Position numbers and translations under genes: made by a program. The notes below the pieces were generated by a model. The model was not told the origin of the DNA. It made no database searches and was given only the letters and a program-made list of their open reading frames with translations. DNA of 64,000 nt, from the NCBI GenBank assembly GCA_964188305.1, contig OZ076886.1, one strand, 5' to 3'. Source of the stretch: Podarcis bocagei (Eukaryota). Shown piece by piece: positions 1 through 13,612 of the stretch (its first letter is position 1; the number at the start of each line of letters is the position of its first letter).

Positions 1-56
1 GACTCTTAGAACGGCTACCAGAACGCCCTCGTGATGAGGAGCGCTTCCGATAATGC
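1..56 (-). CDS. DDX46: DDX46 (PRP5-like DEAD-box helicase) exon 2, partial, runs off window
   Basis: Acceptor ccacag| then (R)HYRKRSSSRGRSGSRSKS; phase matches exon 1; resembles the DDX46 N-terminal RS domain. Confidence 0.93.
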
Positions 57-2624
57 CTGTGGTAGCAACAGAATGGTCAAGATATACAACACCAAAATTG
101 GAGTTTAGCGTACACAATCACAAATGTTTTCAAAGAATACAATCTTTAGAGCTTTTAAAAAGGTTAAAAATTAGCTCTTGACTTATCTTCACATGCTGGA
201 CAAGGACTGAGGAGGCACAGCTGCAAATCCCACTCAACCATGCATGAGCCAGTCTCTCTTAGTCTAATCTACTTTTACAGGCGGGTGAGCGATTGTTGAT
301 AATTCCCCCCCCCCAAAAAAAAGCTCAACACGTCTGGGCAATACCCCCCCCCATTTCCTCAATTTGGAGTCTCAAAAAATAGGGGTCGTGTTACACATGG
401 AAAAATACGGTAAATAAGATAAAATTCAGAACTCATAAGAGGGGCTGACAATGTCATTTTGGTTATTCGAGCTCTATTATTTTGTATTTAAAGTATTTCC
501 TTTTCAAATGGAAGCATGGCTCAGAGCAAAGAAGCATAACAATAATAGAAGGAAAGCAGTTTAGGAGTTAATAAAACAGTGAGTAAAAGCAAAAATAAAT
601 GATAAACTAACATCCTTTGAACCATTTCCAGGCAACTAACTATTAACACTGTTAATTTCTAGGGCTGTAATGTCCTGTAGATTATAAATTAGGACAGAAG
701 ATAACATTAGCCAGTTGTTGGCAGCTTGATCAAGCAATCCAATCTCTGGATAATTGTATACTCAGCCCCTAAATTACAATGGGACAGCCATTCATGTCAG
801 CGTTGCCTATTGTTTAATTTTTAGATGGGGTAGACAGAAATAATGCAGTAGAAACAGTAGTATTTTTATGCCCAAAATGTTAAGAATTGTACTTTCCCTC
901 TCCCATATATCATAAATTAGAAGTATTGGGTTAATATCCAAAATACATGCCAAACATTCTCAAGAGAGCCACTAGCACCCTATAACACAGTTAAAGCTGC
1001 TAAGCAAATCATACCAAGAAAATGAAACATAGGGTGAAAAGAGTAAAGTAGTACTTAAAACACTGCAACCTAAATAAATATCTTGCTAAAACCTTTTGTG
1101 GAACTGAAAATATAGAAAAATTAAAGAACTGTATCTTGTAGTACTATGAAAAACTGGCAGGTCCCAGCACTGTTTTCTTCCTTTGCAACAAATGCACTTC
1201 ATCTTGAGCAGGAAGAACCCACAGATGTTAGAAAAGAATAGGGGCCCTGTGAATATCCAAATTGGGCCCCATAGAGATATACTGAAAAAGGATGAGAACT
1301 TTACTAACACAATCATTAACATAGTACATCTGAGCTTAGAAAGTGTGAGATCAAAAAGTATTATTTTAAATAGGGTAACTCACTGTTTTTGTTTGGACAC
1401 CTGTTGCTTTGTTGATCTAAGGAAATGAGAGAGATTAAGATAAGCAAGGTGAAACCACCTACTAAACCAGCATGAAACCTTTCACACTATGTGACATAAA
1501 TGGTCCAGACTCATGCCATGCAATGCTGGGATTTTCCCTAATGTCATGAAACCATGTGTTACTGTGAAAGTCATTACAAGCTTATTACATAAGTCTTCAA
1601 ATCATGTTCCATGCCAGTCAAGAGTTTTCTTTCATTTGGTCCAAGAAGCATTACACTGGTTTTTAAGAAATGGCTAATATGGGAATCCATTTGCCTTGAG
1701 GCCAAGCTTCACCTGTACAAGACAACCAATCTGCAGAAATTGTTCCAAGAGTATAAATAATTTCCAGGGCAAACCATAGAGATGTTGGAAAAGAGAGAGG
1801 TCCAAATATTATAAGAATTGTCAGTAATCAGCTATGAATTCCCAAGCACAAAATACACACGTTGTCCATTAAAACATATACACATATATATATGCATACA
1901 CACACTATTTCAATTCAACATACATGCAGGTAGAGACACAATCACCTGTTGTATTTTTTTTTTTTAGTATGGAACACAGTTAAAAACACACACATGCACA
2001 ATTCATACTTGTTGGATAATGTGCATTTTAAACTCACGGAGTGGGATTGACCTAATGAGGCTTCCCCCTGCACCCACCCCCCAATTAGCTTAAGGGGAGT
2101 CAGGAGAACCTTCAGAACAGTGTGCAGGTGAAAGAAGGGAGATCATTCTAGCTGATGATGGTTGTGCAGATGGAACATTTGTCATAGTACAACACTGAAT
2201 TTCCTTATGTATTCGTGTCCATGTACTACAACAAAAATCGTAAGAAGCAGCCTTGTGTTATTGTTACTGGTTCAGTGAACAGTCCGAGAGCCTCCAAGGC
2301 TGTAATGATGTTAAGCAGGGATGGATTAGATCAGTGCCTAACAGACTACTGTGGGCCCCACAAAAGTTGCCCTGAGCTTCCTAAAATAAGAATGAGATAT
2401 AACCAAGAAAAATAAAAATATGCAATCTGCCAAGTCACTATTAAGGCTCTCTCTTCAAATTATTTTGGATCAGGTATACTACAACCATTCATTGCTAGCC
2501 TTGGTTCAGCCTAGCTACCATAAACCTGCAAATCTGTTTCATCCCAATATTGATTAACAGCAGTAACACAGTGGCAGCTAATGGCATATTTAACTTTTAA
2601 AAATGAACGAAGTTGACCTTGCCA

Positions 2625-2870
2625 CAGGGTCTTCTCAGTAGTGGCGCCCACCCTGTGGAACGCCCTCCCATCAGATGTCAAAGAAATGAACAACTATATG
2701 ACATTTAGAAGACATCTGAAGGCAGCCCTGTTTAGGGAAGTTTTTAATAACTGATGTTTTCATGTATTTTTAATTTTTTGTTGGAAGCAGCCCAGAGTGG
2801 CTGGGGAAACCCAGCCAGATAGACAGGGTAGAAATAATAAATTATTATTATTATAATTACTATTATTATT
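2625..2870 (+). mobile_element. L2-type LINE 3' fragment with (TTA)n tail
   Basis: CTGTGGAACGCCCTCCC...GCCCAGAGTGGCTGGGGAAACCCAGCC then TTA repeats; resembles the 3' end of the 4222-5839 element. Confidence 0.75.
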
Positions 2871-3058
2871 CTGTACTCTTAAAGTCTGTTAGAACCTCTC
2901 TCATAACAGTCACATCGAGTTTGCTGTTCATAAGCACAGGTCATCCCAATTTGCAGAGGATTATGACCAGTCTGGATAACTAATGGCCTGGTACAGGTGA
3001 GAAGCAGCAACAAATTAGAAATCAAACAATTGAGTACAGTGGTACCTCGGGTTGAGTA

Positions 3059-3284
3059 CAGTGGTACCTCGGGTTAAGTACTTAATTTGTTCTGGAGGTC
3101 CGTTCTTAACCTGAAACTGTTCATAACCTGAAGCACCACTTTAGCTAATGGGGCCTCCTGCCGCCACCACACCGCCGGAGCATGATTTCTGTTCTCATCC
3201 TGAAGCAAAGTTCTTAACCTGATGTACTATTTCTGGGTTAGCGGAGTCTGTAACCTGAAGCGTCTGTAACCCGAGGTACCACTG
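3059..3284. mobile_element. Tc1/mariner-type MITE
   Basis: TIR CAGTGGTACCTCGGGTT...AACCCGAGGTACCACTG with TA target duplication; same family at 20898 and 32549. Confidence 0.9.
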
Positions 3285-3589
3285 TATTACAATTGATCTC
3301 ATGGACATCAAAATTAATCCAACCTTGCACGGGAAATAAGTGGCATTGCCCTTTCTGGATGAAATTCATATTTAGAAGACCATTCTGTTGGGTCGTTGAA
3401 GCTACTGCTATGGACCCCCGGCCTGGGGATGAGGTGGGTTCAAAAACAGGGACAGAAACATTCCTGCCCTGGGGTAGGACGGGAGAGAAGGGTGGCCATC
3501 AGCCGCCTCAAACACACAAGAGAGAAGCAGAGCGAAAAATGGCCCCGATGATGCCCCGTCGAAAGTTGTAACTCACTGTAATATAGAAA

Positions 3590-4060
3590 AATAATGGCGG
3601 ACTCTATGAAAGTGTCTGAAATAAAATCCCGGCCCGTTTGGCAGTTGCGACACTCCCGACGGCGAGAAGCTCGTGGAGAAACTCGCGACCCCCGAACGGC
3701 CTTCCTCCCGCGCGGCTCCCCCTGAGGCGGCCCCGCGAACGGCCGGCCACTTTTGTCCCGTGCGGAAAGGCCGACGCGGGCAGGGCCCGACCCGCTCCCG
3801 CAAAGGCCTCCCGGCTCACCTGGACTCGCGGCCCATAGCGGCTTCTTCCTCCTCCTTCCTGACTTGATCCCTCAAGGCTTAGCGGCAGCGGCAGCAGCGG
3901 CAGCCATTTCCGAAGGAATAAGCGAAGCGGAAATGAACCCGCGCTACGCAGAAAGCGGAAGGAAGGGGCCTTCACCCGCGTTTCCGCCAGCCGGGCACAG
4001 CGACCCCTAGCGTCCGGAGGGCCGAGCTTTCACAGGCTCTGGCCGGGACCTTCCTCTCTC
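3590..4060. promoter_or_regulatory. DDX46 CpG-island promoter
   Basis: High GC/CpG; ETS-like GCGGAA sites (~3927, ~3955); YY1-like AAATGGC motifs; boundaries approximate. Confidence 0.85.
3820..3836 (-). CDS. DDX46: DDX46 exon 1 coding part
   Basis: ATG GGC CGC GAG TCC AG|gtgagc = MGRES(R), in a CpG island, joins exon 2 in frame. Confidence 0.93.
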
Positions 4061-4082
4061 CTGCGTGTTTGTGTGGAAGAGG

Positions 4083-4190
4083 CGGCAGGTGGATGAGATC
4101 GGAAGAAAAGCCCCTTCTGGATGGGTCCCAAAGCCCATCTAGTCCAACATCTCGTTCTCATAGTGACCAGACGGATGTCCATGGCAAGCT
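4083..4190 (-). mobile_element. Degenerate CR1-tail-type retroposon fragment
   Basis: Similar to 52877-52995 (CTGGAT...CCCATCTAGTCCA.CATC..GTTCTCA). Confidence 0.45.
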
Positions 4191-4221
4191 GATGTTCAAC
4201 CTACGGATTGCAATTGTAATT

Positions 4222-5839
4222 GAGCAAATTGTAATCTCTTCTGACACGGGGACATTCCCAGGGGAACCGAAGGAAGCAGTGGTGTGTCCACTCTTAAAGA
4301 AAACTTCATTAGATGCCTTAGATCTATCCAATTACCGCCCAGTTTCAAATCTTCCATACCTGGGTAAGGTAATTGAGAGAGCGGTTGCTGAACAGCTTGG
4401 TAGGTTTCTGGAGGAAACATCGGCATTAGATCCATTTCAGTACAGTTTCCGTCCTGGTTTTGGGACGGAGACGGCTCTGGTTGCCCTAACAGATGATCTC
4501 CGTAGACAACTGGATCGAGGCGAGTCAGGACTGCTGATCCTTTTAGATTTGTCAGCAGCCTTTGACATGGTTGATCATGATCTTCTGGACCACCGCCTCG
4601 CAGACGTGGGGATACAGGGCATAGCCCGTAACTGGTTGTGCTCTTTTATCTCTGGTCGGGGACAGAGGGTGGCACTAGGGAGGGAAATGTTGTCGCGCCA
4701 CTCCTTGGTGTGTGGAGTGCCGCAGGGCGCAATTCTCTCCCCAATGCTTTTTAACATCTTTATGCGCCCCCTTGCCCAGATTATCCGGAGCTTTGGGCTG
4801 GGCTGTCACCAATATGCTGATGACACTCAGCTCTATCTGCTGATGGATGGCCACACCGACTCGGCCCCGAACACACTGACCAGATGCTTGGAAGCTGTGG
4901 CTGGATGGTTTCGTGGGAGCCGATTGAAACTAAATCCTTCGAAGACAGAGGTCCTATGGCTAGGTCGGGACTCCCTTCTCTTGCGGGGGCCCAATTAGTG
5001 CCATTGCCTTCCATTAAGAGTTTGGGTGTAATCCTTGACGCCTCCCTTTCCATGGAGGCACAAGTTACAGCAACAGCCAAGGCGACATTTTTCCACCTTC
5101 ACCGCATCAAGCAGTTGGTCCCTTACCTTTCCCGCCCTGACCTGGCCACAGTGATCCATGCGACGGTCATCTCCAGGCTTGACTACTGTAATTCGCTCTA
5201 TGCGGGGCTGCCCTTGAAGCTGTCCCAGAAACTCCAGCGGGTACAGAATGCTGCAGCGAGGCTCCTCACGGGGTCTCTGCCATGGGAGCATATTCACCCA
5301 GTGCTTTTCAAGCTGCACTGGCTCCCGGTGGAGTACAGGGTCAGATTTAAGGTGCTGCTTTTGATCTTTAAAGCCCTTCACGGCCTAGGACCCGCGTACC
5401 TACGGGACCCCACAGAGAGCCTCAAGGTCCATAAATAGCAACACCCTAGGAAGTTAGATTGGCTTCAACTAGAGCCAGGGCCTTTTCAACTCTGGCTCCG
5501 GCCTGGTGGAACGCTCTGCCTCATGAGATCAGGGCCCTGCAGGATCTGATTTCTTTCCGCAGGGCCTGTAAGACAGAGTTGTTCCACCTGGCCTTTGGCT
5601 TGGAGCCAATTTGATTCCCTCCCTCCCTCTCTTTCTTTTTTCTTTTCCTTCTCCTCCTGCGATGAGGCTACATTTTAATATTTTAATGTTCCATTATTTT
5701 CATGTTGTATTTTATTTTTGTTTTTAAGTTGTAATCATTCATTCATCTTGTTTTTATTATTGCTTGTAAGCCGCTCTGAGCCCGGCCTTGGCTGGGGAGG
5801 GCAGGGTATAAATAAAAAATTATTATTATTATTATTATT
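4222..5839 (+). mobile_element. 5'-truncated L2-clade LINE with reverse-transcriptase domain
   Basis: ORF 4069-4998 has NYRPVSNL, LDLSAAFD, GVPQGAILSP and YADD motifs; frameshifted continuation 4884-5438 (SRLDYCN, LHWLP); 3' UTR and (TTA)n tail. Confidence 0.95.
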
Positions 5840-6829
5840 CTGTAATGGACGGTGCTGAGCTAGGAGACACGTTCCATTTATCAGCTGCTTCGTGATGTTT
5901 GCATTTAATACTGACTTGTCTGTGATTCCGTTCTGATTTCTCAGCCACCTTGATAAAAAATAAAATTCACGAATTCTCTTTTTAGCTACAATACGGTTTG
6001 ATGCCAGAGACAGAAAATGCGGGTGTTACCTCCAGGAGAACAGAAAAGTAATACACCCAATAAATTTATAATGTATTTAATGCATTGGTCTTCAGCTGGT
6101 GAGGAGGGACACACTATCATGGCCTGATCTAAGTTGGGTTGCGAAAGCAGCACTACCACCCCAGAAATTAAGAAATTGTTCCCCAAAATGTATGCCTGGG
6201 TGCTGGGTTGGAAAAAGCTGAAGGCAATTGCTACAATGCCCTGTGTACAACCATCTAGTATTAATATTAACATACACAAATACCCAAAACTAGCTAATAT
6301 GATGCGATAGCAAATACTTCCTACTTACAACTTGGATTCATGTCTAACACAGACCAGGTATGCAACTATTTATCTTAATGGAGATGGTAAGAGTATTGCT
6401 ATAGGATTGGGTGGCTTGTTTGGCTAATGCCTGTGGATCCCAGCCAAGTCTGTGATATTTTTTTATCTATAAGACTGTAGTCTGTGGTAGAAGGAACTGC
6501 TGAACTGGCCAAACCAGTTTATATTTTTTTTAAGTTAACAGCCTAGCTGGGCTGCTAAGCACCTTTTTTGTCATAAGAATAGAGAGTTGGCCATGTTGCA
6601 ATAGGAACAAGAAGCTAATGGTGCTTCCAGGAAGAGAGATGACATATTGTAGGTAGGAGACTAGCCAAGAGCTAGTCACAATTTTTAGTCTGGGCTGAAG
6701 CTGCAAAAAAACAGGAGGCCTGACTTTCCCTGTGTGCTTAATCCAGAGCTATGGGTTTGGAGATCTCCCTATAAACTTAATGGGGAAGCAAGATCTATTC
6801 ATGAGTTAATACCCTGTTTAGTGAAATGT

Positions 6830-6925
6830 TTGATGTTCTGTGCTTTTGATTCTGTTAGGAGCCACCCAGAGTGGCTGGGGAAACCCAGACAGGTGGGCAG
6901 GGTATAAATAATAAGTTGTTATTTT
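6830..6925 (+). mobile_element. L2-type 3' terminus fragment
   Basis: CCCAGAGTGGCTGGGGAAACCCAG...GGGTATAAATAATAA, as at ~2790-2840. Confidence 0.7.
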
Positions 6926-9900
6926 GTTATACTAAATCATATATCCTAAAATCACCAGTCTCCAGTGACCTTCACTGCAAGGAAACTGAATTGAGGTGTG
7001 TGCAACAGTATTACAGTGAGCAGAATCATGGGATGAGGAGACCTGGGATAGCAAGTTCTTTAATTGTATGGAATTATTGCTATTTCATGCTGCTTTCAGT
7101 GACTTTAAATGCAGAGACATGCTACATCAATCTGCTTTAATTCGTGTGTCTATAGATATACTTTTTTAACACAGTCACTGCTTAAGCATCTTACAAATAT
7201 GCTAAGATGCTCCAGTACACCATGTGACTAATGGATGTAGATATAAATAAATAAAACAAACCACCAAATCTGGAGAGAGACTGGACAACTGTTGACCTAG
7301 TAGTAGTGCATTGGTATAGCCTACAGTAAAAAGCTACTTCGTGGTTGTGATGGAACTGGGTGGGTGAGACGGGAGCAGGATTGGCAGAGAAGCATGCTCA
7401 GTTTGTTAGTATGACAAAGGGTGAAATAATCTTCCTTTTTTACAGATGTCCAAACACAGTGTTCCGTAGTTCTCCAGATGTTCTTTCAGGGTGGAATTGC
7501 ACAGTACAGTACCACAGTGTACATTTTTCACAATTGTAAATAGAAATATGACATTTCTTTAATTCTCTCATTAGTTCCTGTGTTCATTTTTCTAGAAGGG
7601 TGACATGCAATGCTTGTTGCTACCAGCTGTTCAGCATAACTCCCATTCTGGTCTTTCTACACATTATTGTCCTTGTTCAGCTGGTAGATGGCATGTTGCT
7701 ATTGTGGTGTGTAAACAGATTCAACAGAGCTAGCTGCAGTGTTTAATTCTTTCCTTTCTAAATCATGCTTGTCCATAAGTTACATGAACATATATTCTAT
7801 AGTTGGAAATGAAAATAACATTGGAAAGGTATTAGTAAAACACTTGACAACCCAAGTAGTCTTTAAAAATGAATTACAAAGGCATGCCAACAAATAAATG
7901 GTTAACAGACTTCATAGAAGCAGTCTAGAAATAATTACACTGGAGGACATACATGACCACATGAGGTTTATTGGATTTTGCAAAATGAGGTTTTTGCAAA
8001 AGGAACCACATACAAAACACCTTTTTACTATTCACCTGCTATCCCACCCTATACATCACTTTTCATAGCGGAAGTGGGCAATATGGGAAAATTCTATATT
8101 CTACCCATTAAATTTTAGACTTGATACTGATTTATCACTGTTGAAAAGTCCAGCTTGGCAAATATGAATTAAAGAAATTCAGAAACACCAGCTGAAAGGT
8201 GTTTTAATGGTTAAGTCTATCAGCTTTCTGAAACTATTAGTTGGGAATGATGAAAACTTCAAAGCATTTTGAAGGTGTGACACAGATACAGTATTTCTGC
8301 AACAGTCACTCCTTACAGATAGAATTATTAATGCCAGCTCAATTTCAGCCCTCACTTGCAAAGCAATTGTTCTGAATCTTTTGTATTACATCCATTAGCT
8401 TCAAATAGAACCTTTCAACATGTCGACAGAGATATAGTCAGACCTTAGCATATACAATTAGATGCTGAGAGTTTATCGTAGTGCAAAGTCTACTGAACAC
8501 AATAGAATATATCATGGCCCGATTCTAGGGAGGAAAGAAATACATGCCCAGGAAAGAACTCGGATACAAACAGGGCTTTGCTTGCTGTTTTTGCCACAAC
8601 CGTTCCTACTGCTAAAGAGTAAAGTTGGTTTTTTAAACTGAGCAGAATCATGTCCTCAGCGCGGGAAACTGCCATGGCAAACACCTCAATCCAAGTGCAC
8701 AGATGTCTCCAGTGCATCCATATTTACTCTAAAAACTCTTTTCTTCATATAACAGATACAATTATAACAATGAACCTTGGGTCAATGAATGCAGTCTTAA
8801 AACTGTAACGGAGGAAAGAAGCAAAATAAGGAAAACAGCTTATTTTTATTATTCAAAACAAAAACAAAGAAGTGACCGCCTCTAAAAAGAGAAGCTACAT
8901 TAGCCTCTATAATCACAGAATGATTTCAGTAACTTAGGGGATCACAGCTACATGGGTAACACCTATTGTTTACGATGGCCACTGTACCTCCAGAACATTT
9001 AATCCCATTAATTCTTAAGGTCCCAGGCAAATATCCACTCATCCTTCAGCATAAAGGGAACTATTACATAATAGCCTGATTTCTCCCAGCCTAATTTCTC
9101 ACTGAATACCTAAGCCTGGTGCCAATTACATGTCAGGGTGGCAGGTTCAGAAGTGAACCAGGGATCGCAAACATTGCACACAGCACTGAAGCAGAGCAGA
9201 GAAAGATGGGGAGGGAGAAAGGAAGGTTGGGTGTGCATGCTCTCTTAATCTGGGCTTCCTCTGAACCAGCCTTTAAATATTATAGGGTTCTTAATTTATT
9301 TTTATGTATATTTTAGTAATAAAATCTGTTTTTAATGGTAAACAACAACTGTGATTTACTGAAGGAACTTAACTCTAAATAAATAAATAAATATGAAGGA
9401 CCAGCAGCTAAAACCAAGTAAAGACTTGTTTTATGGTACTGACCAATAGAACGGAATCTTTCAGAAATGAACCAATCAAGAGCATTTACCTAGAATTGCC
9501 CTAATGATTTTGATGGAAGACGCTTCAAGTATCTGTTTCAGATGGGTTATAAAAACTTACTTGTGAGTCAGCATTCCCATGTGAAATGAACATGTAAGCA
9601 ACTGTACAAACTAATAATTTGATTAAAATTGTGGTTAAAATCTGGTCTGTACTCTTACAAGTCACATTTCCCCCCTGCTACTGATAAATGTAATGATCCC
9701 TTGAATCTCCAGACAGAAGAGGCTGGACTCCACATGCAATATTCTTGCAACGGAAGATATAGGAAATAGGAAGCAGAAACCTGTGTTAGTTTACACTACA
9801 ATGAACAAAAAAAAGCACTTGTCAAGTCAGAGGAATGAGCAAAACTTGTGACATTTTTAGGTACGAAAGTATAGTTACCCAAGAGAGCAGCTTTTAAATC

Positions 9901-11021
9901 TGCACTAATGCTGTATATTGCATTAGATCATGTAAACACAAGTAATTAAGATTCCTAGTCAGGTTAAAAAAAGATAACAGGCAATATCCAATGGAAGTCA
10001 AACTCAAGAGTAGGCTGACTGAAATGAAGGACTAAAATCCACTGATTTTAATGAGTCTACTTTGAGTAAGATTAATGTTTGATATCACCCAATGAATGCT
10101 TAATGGGAACACATAAAGAAGCTGAATTTCACTGCTTCGTCTTAGCTCTTGCATTCACATCCTAAAATCAAACCTCCCTAACTACAAGAAAGCAAAGAGA
10201 ATACTACCCCATTTAAGGAAGACATAAAATGATGACTTATATCCAGCCTAATTCTATTGTAGAATCAATCTTGGCGCTGGCTGTATTTTGATAAGACTAT
10301 CCTGACTGCTAAAATGCATGAATTGAGGGATATAAGCTAATAAAATAGGATATTCCTATGATAAGCTTGTATTCAGAGCTTTCCTTCCATGAACAGAAAG
10401 ATCCATTTGGAGGAAAAGAGACCCGTCAGAGACTCCTGCTGGGAAAAGGGAGAGGGTAACAATTTTTCTGATCTCCATTTCCTCCTGTGCCACCCCCGCA
10501 AGTTCTGGAGAATCCCCAGCCCTCTGGTATAGGAGGAACACAAAAATCCTCTCCCCCACCTTTCCTCCAGCAGGAGCGTCTGATGAGTTGAGTTTTGCTC
10601 ATGGAATCCTTGGATTCACCCATAAAGACTAACATAATTCTATTCAAGTAGGAGACCTCAGCTGCACTGTGCTCTCAAATCATAGAGCCAAAGGGAAAGG
10701 TTACAGTTTCAGGGTGATTCTTTTTAATTGGGGTGGTGGACAGAAAGGACACATTTCAGTTTTACAGAAAAGTGTATCATTGGACCGTTGACCAATATTT
10801 GCATTTGACCGTCCATATCTGAGATCACTCTGTACTGTACTCAAAATCTACCAATTCAGCTTCAAAGCCAGGACTTCAAAGCTCTTCGCTATCAAAGCTG
10901 CACTGAACCAAGTATTGGATATAGGGTTAACACTGTTTATATATCCAGAGACATGTATGAAATCAAGAGTGACGCAGTCCAGCTGAAGTATTACACCAGG
11001 TTCCACAGCTATCATGGCACT

Positions 11022-11204
11022 TCAGGAACCAAAAAACACAAGCAGTTCATGGCAGAAGATGAAAGTAAAGAAATAGACACAAAGGTCTGTAAAAACATCC
11101 CCCATTTTGCTGTAAGTGTCCATGGAACGACTAATCACTTCTGCAGGGATCCCAGACAGTAAAAGAGCAGCAGTCAATACCGTGGTCTTCGTTTTCTTTT
11201 CACT
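11022..11204 (-). CDS. CAMLG: CAMLG exon 4 (terminal)
   Basis: acag|[60 protein letters not shown]; see frameshift finding. Confidence 0.93.
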   Translation of the reverse strand, partial: SEKKTKTTVLTAALLLSGIPAEVISRSMDTYSKMGDVFTDLCVYFFTFIFCHELLVFFGS

Positions 11205-11289
11205 CTGTATAAGAAATAAAAATTACTTCGTTTTTCACAGCTTTCATCTTTAAGCACCTTATCAGAGCTTTAATACATTTATTTTTTAT

Positions 11290-11420
11290 TTTTATTAGGT
11301 ATTTTGTGGTTTTATAACTTGATTTTATTCTGTGAACTGCCCTGAGGCACCCGGGTATAGGGAGGTATATACATTCAAATAATAATAATAATAATAATAA
11401 TAACAATAATAATAATAATA
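11290..11420 (+). mobile_element. LINE 3' tail with (AAT)n microsatellite
   Basis: TGTGAACTGCCCTGAG...GGTATATA followed by AAT repeats ~11378-11420. Confidence 0.6.
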
Positions 11421-12269
11421 CATTTCATAATATTACCTAATATTTTACGATACACTTCTCAAAGTGCATTTAAAAATGCATCTCAAAGGTATTTTCCTGT
11501 AATCTTGGTTGCTTGTTTCTATTATGATGAGCTCTTTCTGTTCACAAATAGCAGCTGGAGCTATTCTCTTACATTCATCAGGCAAGGGCAGAGGCTTCAG
11601 TGATGAAGTAATAACTTTGGGACTTGGAAACAGTGTTATCACACTGGAAATTGTTCCTTTCTTCAAAGTTCCATTACATTCGCTTGCCAGTTGTCTATAC
11701 TAAAAGGGACTTTTGTCCACTGATTGTTACTTAATAAGTCCCTTGTCATCCACATTTGGTAATTCTCATGTTTCACTCAATACTGTCACAAAAACAATGA
11801 TGACAGCAAAGGAAAGTTAGCTGAAAACGTCACCAGTTTGAAAGAAAAGTAAGATATTTGATCAATACACTAAAAGGTGAGAAGACATGAGGCTGTGCAT
11901 CAATCCCTGGGCAAAAATGTAAAGCAAAGGGGACAGAAACCTCATGCCAGGGCTACAAATTCAAGGCCTTTAAAATTTACTCAGAAGTAAGGTATTCTAT
12001 ATTTGAATGTAACTTACACCCATGAAGATCCTCAGTACTGAAGAGTTTATGCATTGTCTCTGTAGCTGACTACTCTCAAGTATTCAAAATGTATATACAC
12101 AAAATGCAAACAATTGCTGATAAACCTAAATTAGCATTGTACTGTATTGTCATTATCTGCTATACTGCATAAAAGCTAAGAAAATTCTAACACGGAGCTT
12201 TCTCCATCATATCTTTTTTTAAGTTAACACATTTTGATAATCCGTTTATCCTTAAAAAAAAGGTCTTAC

Positions 12270-12335
12270 CTTTGGGAAATATTTCGACAACCCCATGTAT
12301 GCAAGCTGTAAGGTAAGAAATGGAGCAAATATTGA
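12270..12335 (-). CDS. CAMLG: CAMLG exon 3
   Basis: cacag|[22 protein letters not shown]|gtaag, 66 nt, phase 0-0. Confidence 0.96.
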
Positions 12336-13612
12336 CTGTGGGGGGGGAAAAACAAAGAAGTTAAATGAAACAGAAAGTAGTAACAAGAAATTCACATTGC
12401 TACATTATTTCAAGGAAATAGTCTATGAAGTGTTTCAGCCAATTGATTGGAAAATATAGAGAAGAGAACCAAATTTGAAAGCACCACTGTCAAAACAGAC
12501 TGAATTTATATTTAAGGAAGATCCAGAGAAGTCACTAACATATATCTAACGTACTGGTACAGACCTATAGGGTTAGAGTGCTATAGTAATGTCTAGGAAC
12601 ATGTCCATTCAAAAAGTCCCCAAGGAAAACTTTCATATGAATCATTCAGTAAATAATCATCCTTGCACATAATTAAACACTAACATTCAAATTTACTTTT
12701 GAATAATTTAAAGCCACTTGATAGTAGAAATGATTAGGCATTGCACTTTATATAGTTAGGAAATGCTTTTCTGCTGATTACCCAGTTCCCATAAAAATGA
12801 GCCTGGGAATCTCCAAATGGTTTGGATAGTTTTGTATGATTTTTGACAGATGATTAAGTAATTTAAGATAGCAGTCTTCTTCATTTTTGATGTCTAGAAA
12901 TTTGTGTCCATATCTTGCCAACTTGACCTCAGTCCTAAAATCAGACGGTTACATCTTCCTTAGGGGTTCTGATGGCAAGAAAACTTTAGTCCAATTGCTT
13001 TGGAGAGGCTGATTCATGTGATTAGCTCACAACAGGATTAAGACAAGGTGAAATCTAGGCATATTTTGTAGTTAAGCTTCATGCATAAGGCCACGTTTGT
13101 TCCACTATTAAATGTTATCACTGGCTAGTAAATTGTCAGCTGTGTTTTAGCACACAGTAGTCAGCAGTACTTGGCACAGCCTGAAAAGCAAACAACACTG
13201 CTGGCAATCCTGGGCTTCCAGGACTACCCATAGCTTAATTATTGCCAATACAGAAGAGCGCCAAAGTACAGTAATTTCTTGATGCTTTTGCTAGGCCAGG
13301 GCTTACAATTTCTTGTGGTTCTGATCCTCTTGCCAAACACCATGTGTCTTAAAATAATCATTGCTCAATCATCACTACTTAGGGCAAGCCACTGTTGAAG
13401 AGTGGACAGAATTATGGATTTGGGCTTAAATCCAAATCTCTACTTAACTATGAACTTGATGGGTGGGCCTAGGGAAAGTTATTACTTTTCTCAGCATAAA
13501 TTCCTTATCTGTCAAATGCAAATTCCACTGTCAAACTTTCTGGGCTAATCAGTAAGGCAACCAGGTCAAATAAACAAGAAGAACTAAGTTACTAAGACTT
13601 TTCTTTACTCAC

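Noticed and set aside
3573-4010. Several overlapping ORFs, likewise at 17669-18112, 53797-54463 and 59497-60457
   Set aside because: Stop-poor GC-rich CpG islands with low-complexity R/G/P/A translations
5986-6279. Exon-like segments and ORFs downstream of the L2
   Set aside because: No coherent phase-consistent model (implied intron only ~46 nt) and no recognisable protein
7185-7211. 9-bp inverted repeat AGCATCTTA/TAAGATGCT
   Set aside because: Short enough to be expected by chance in 64 kb
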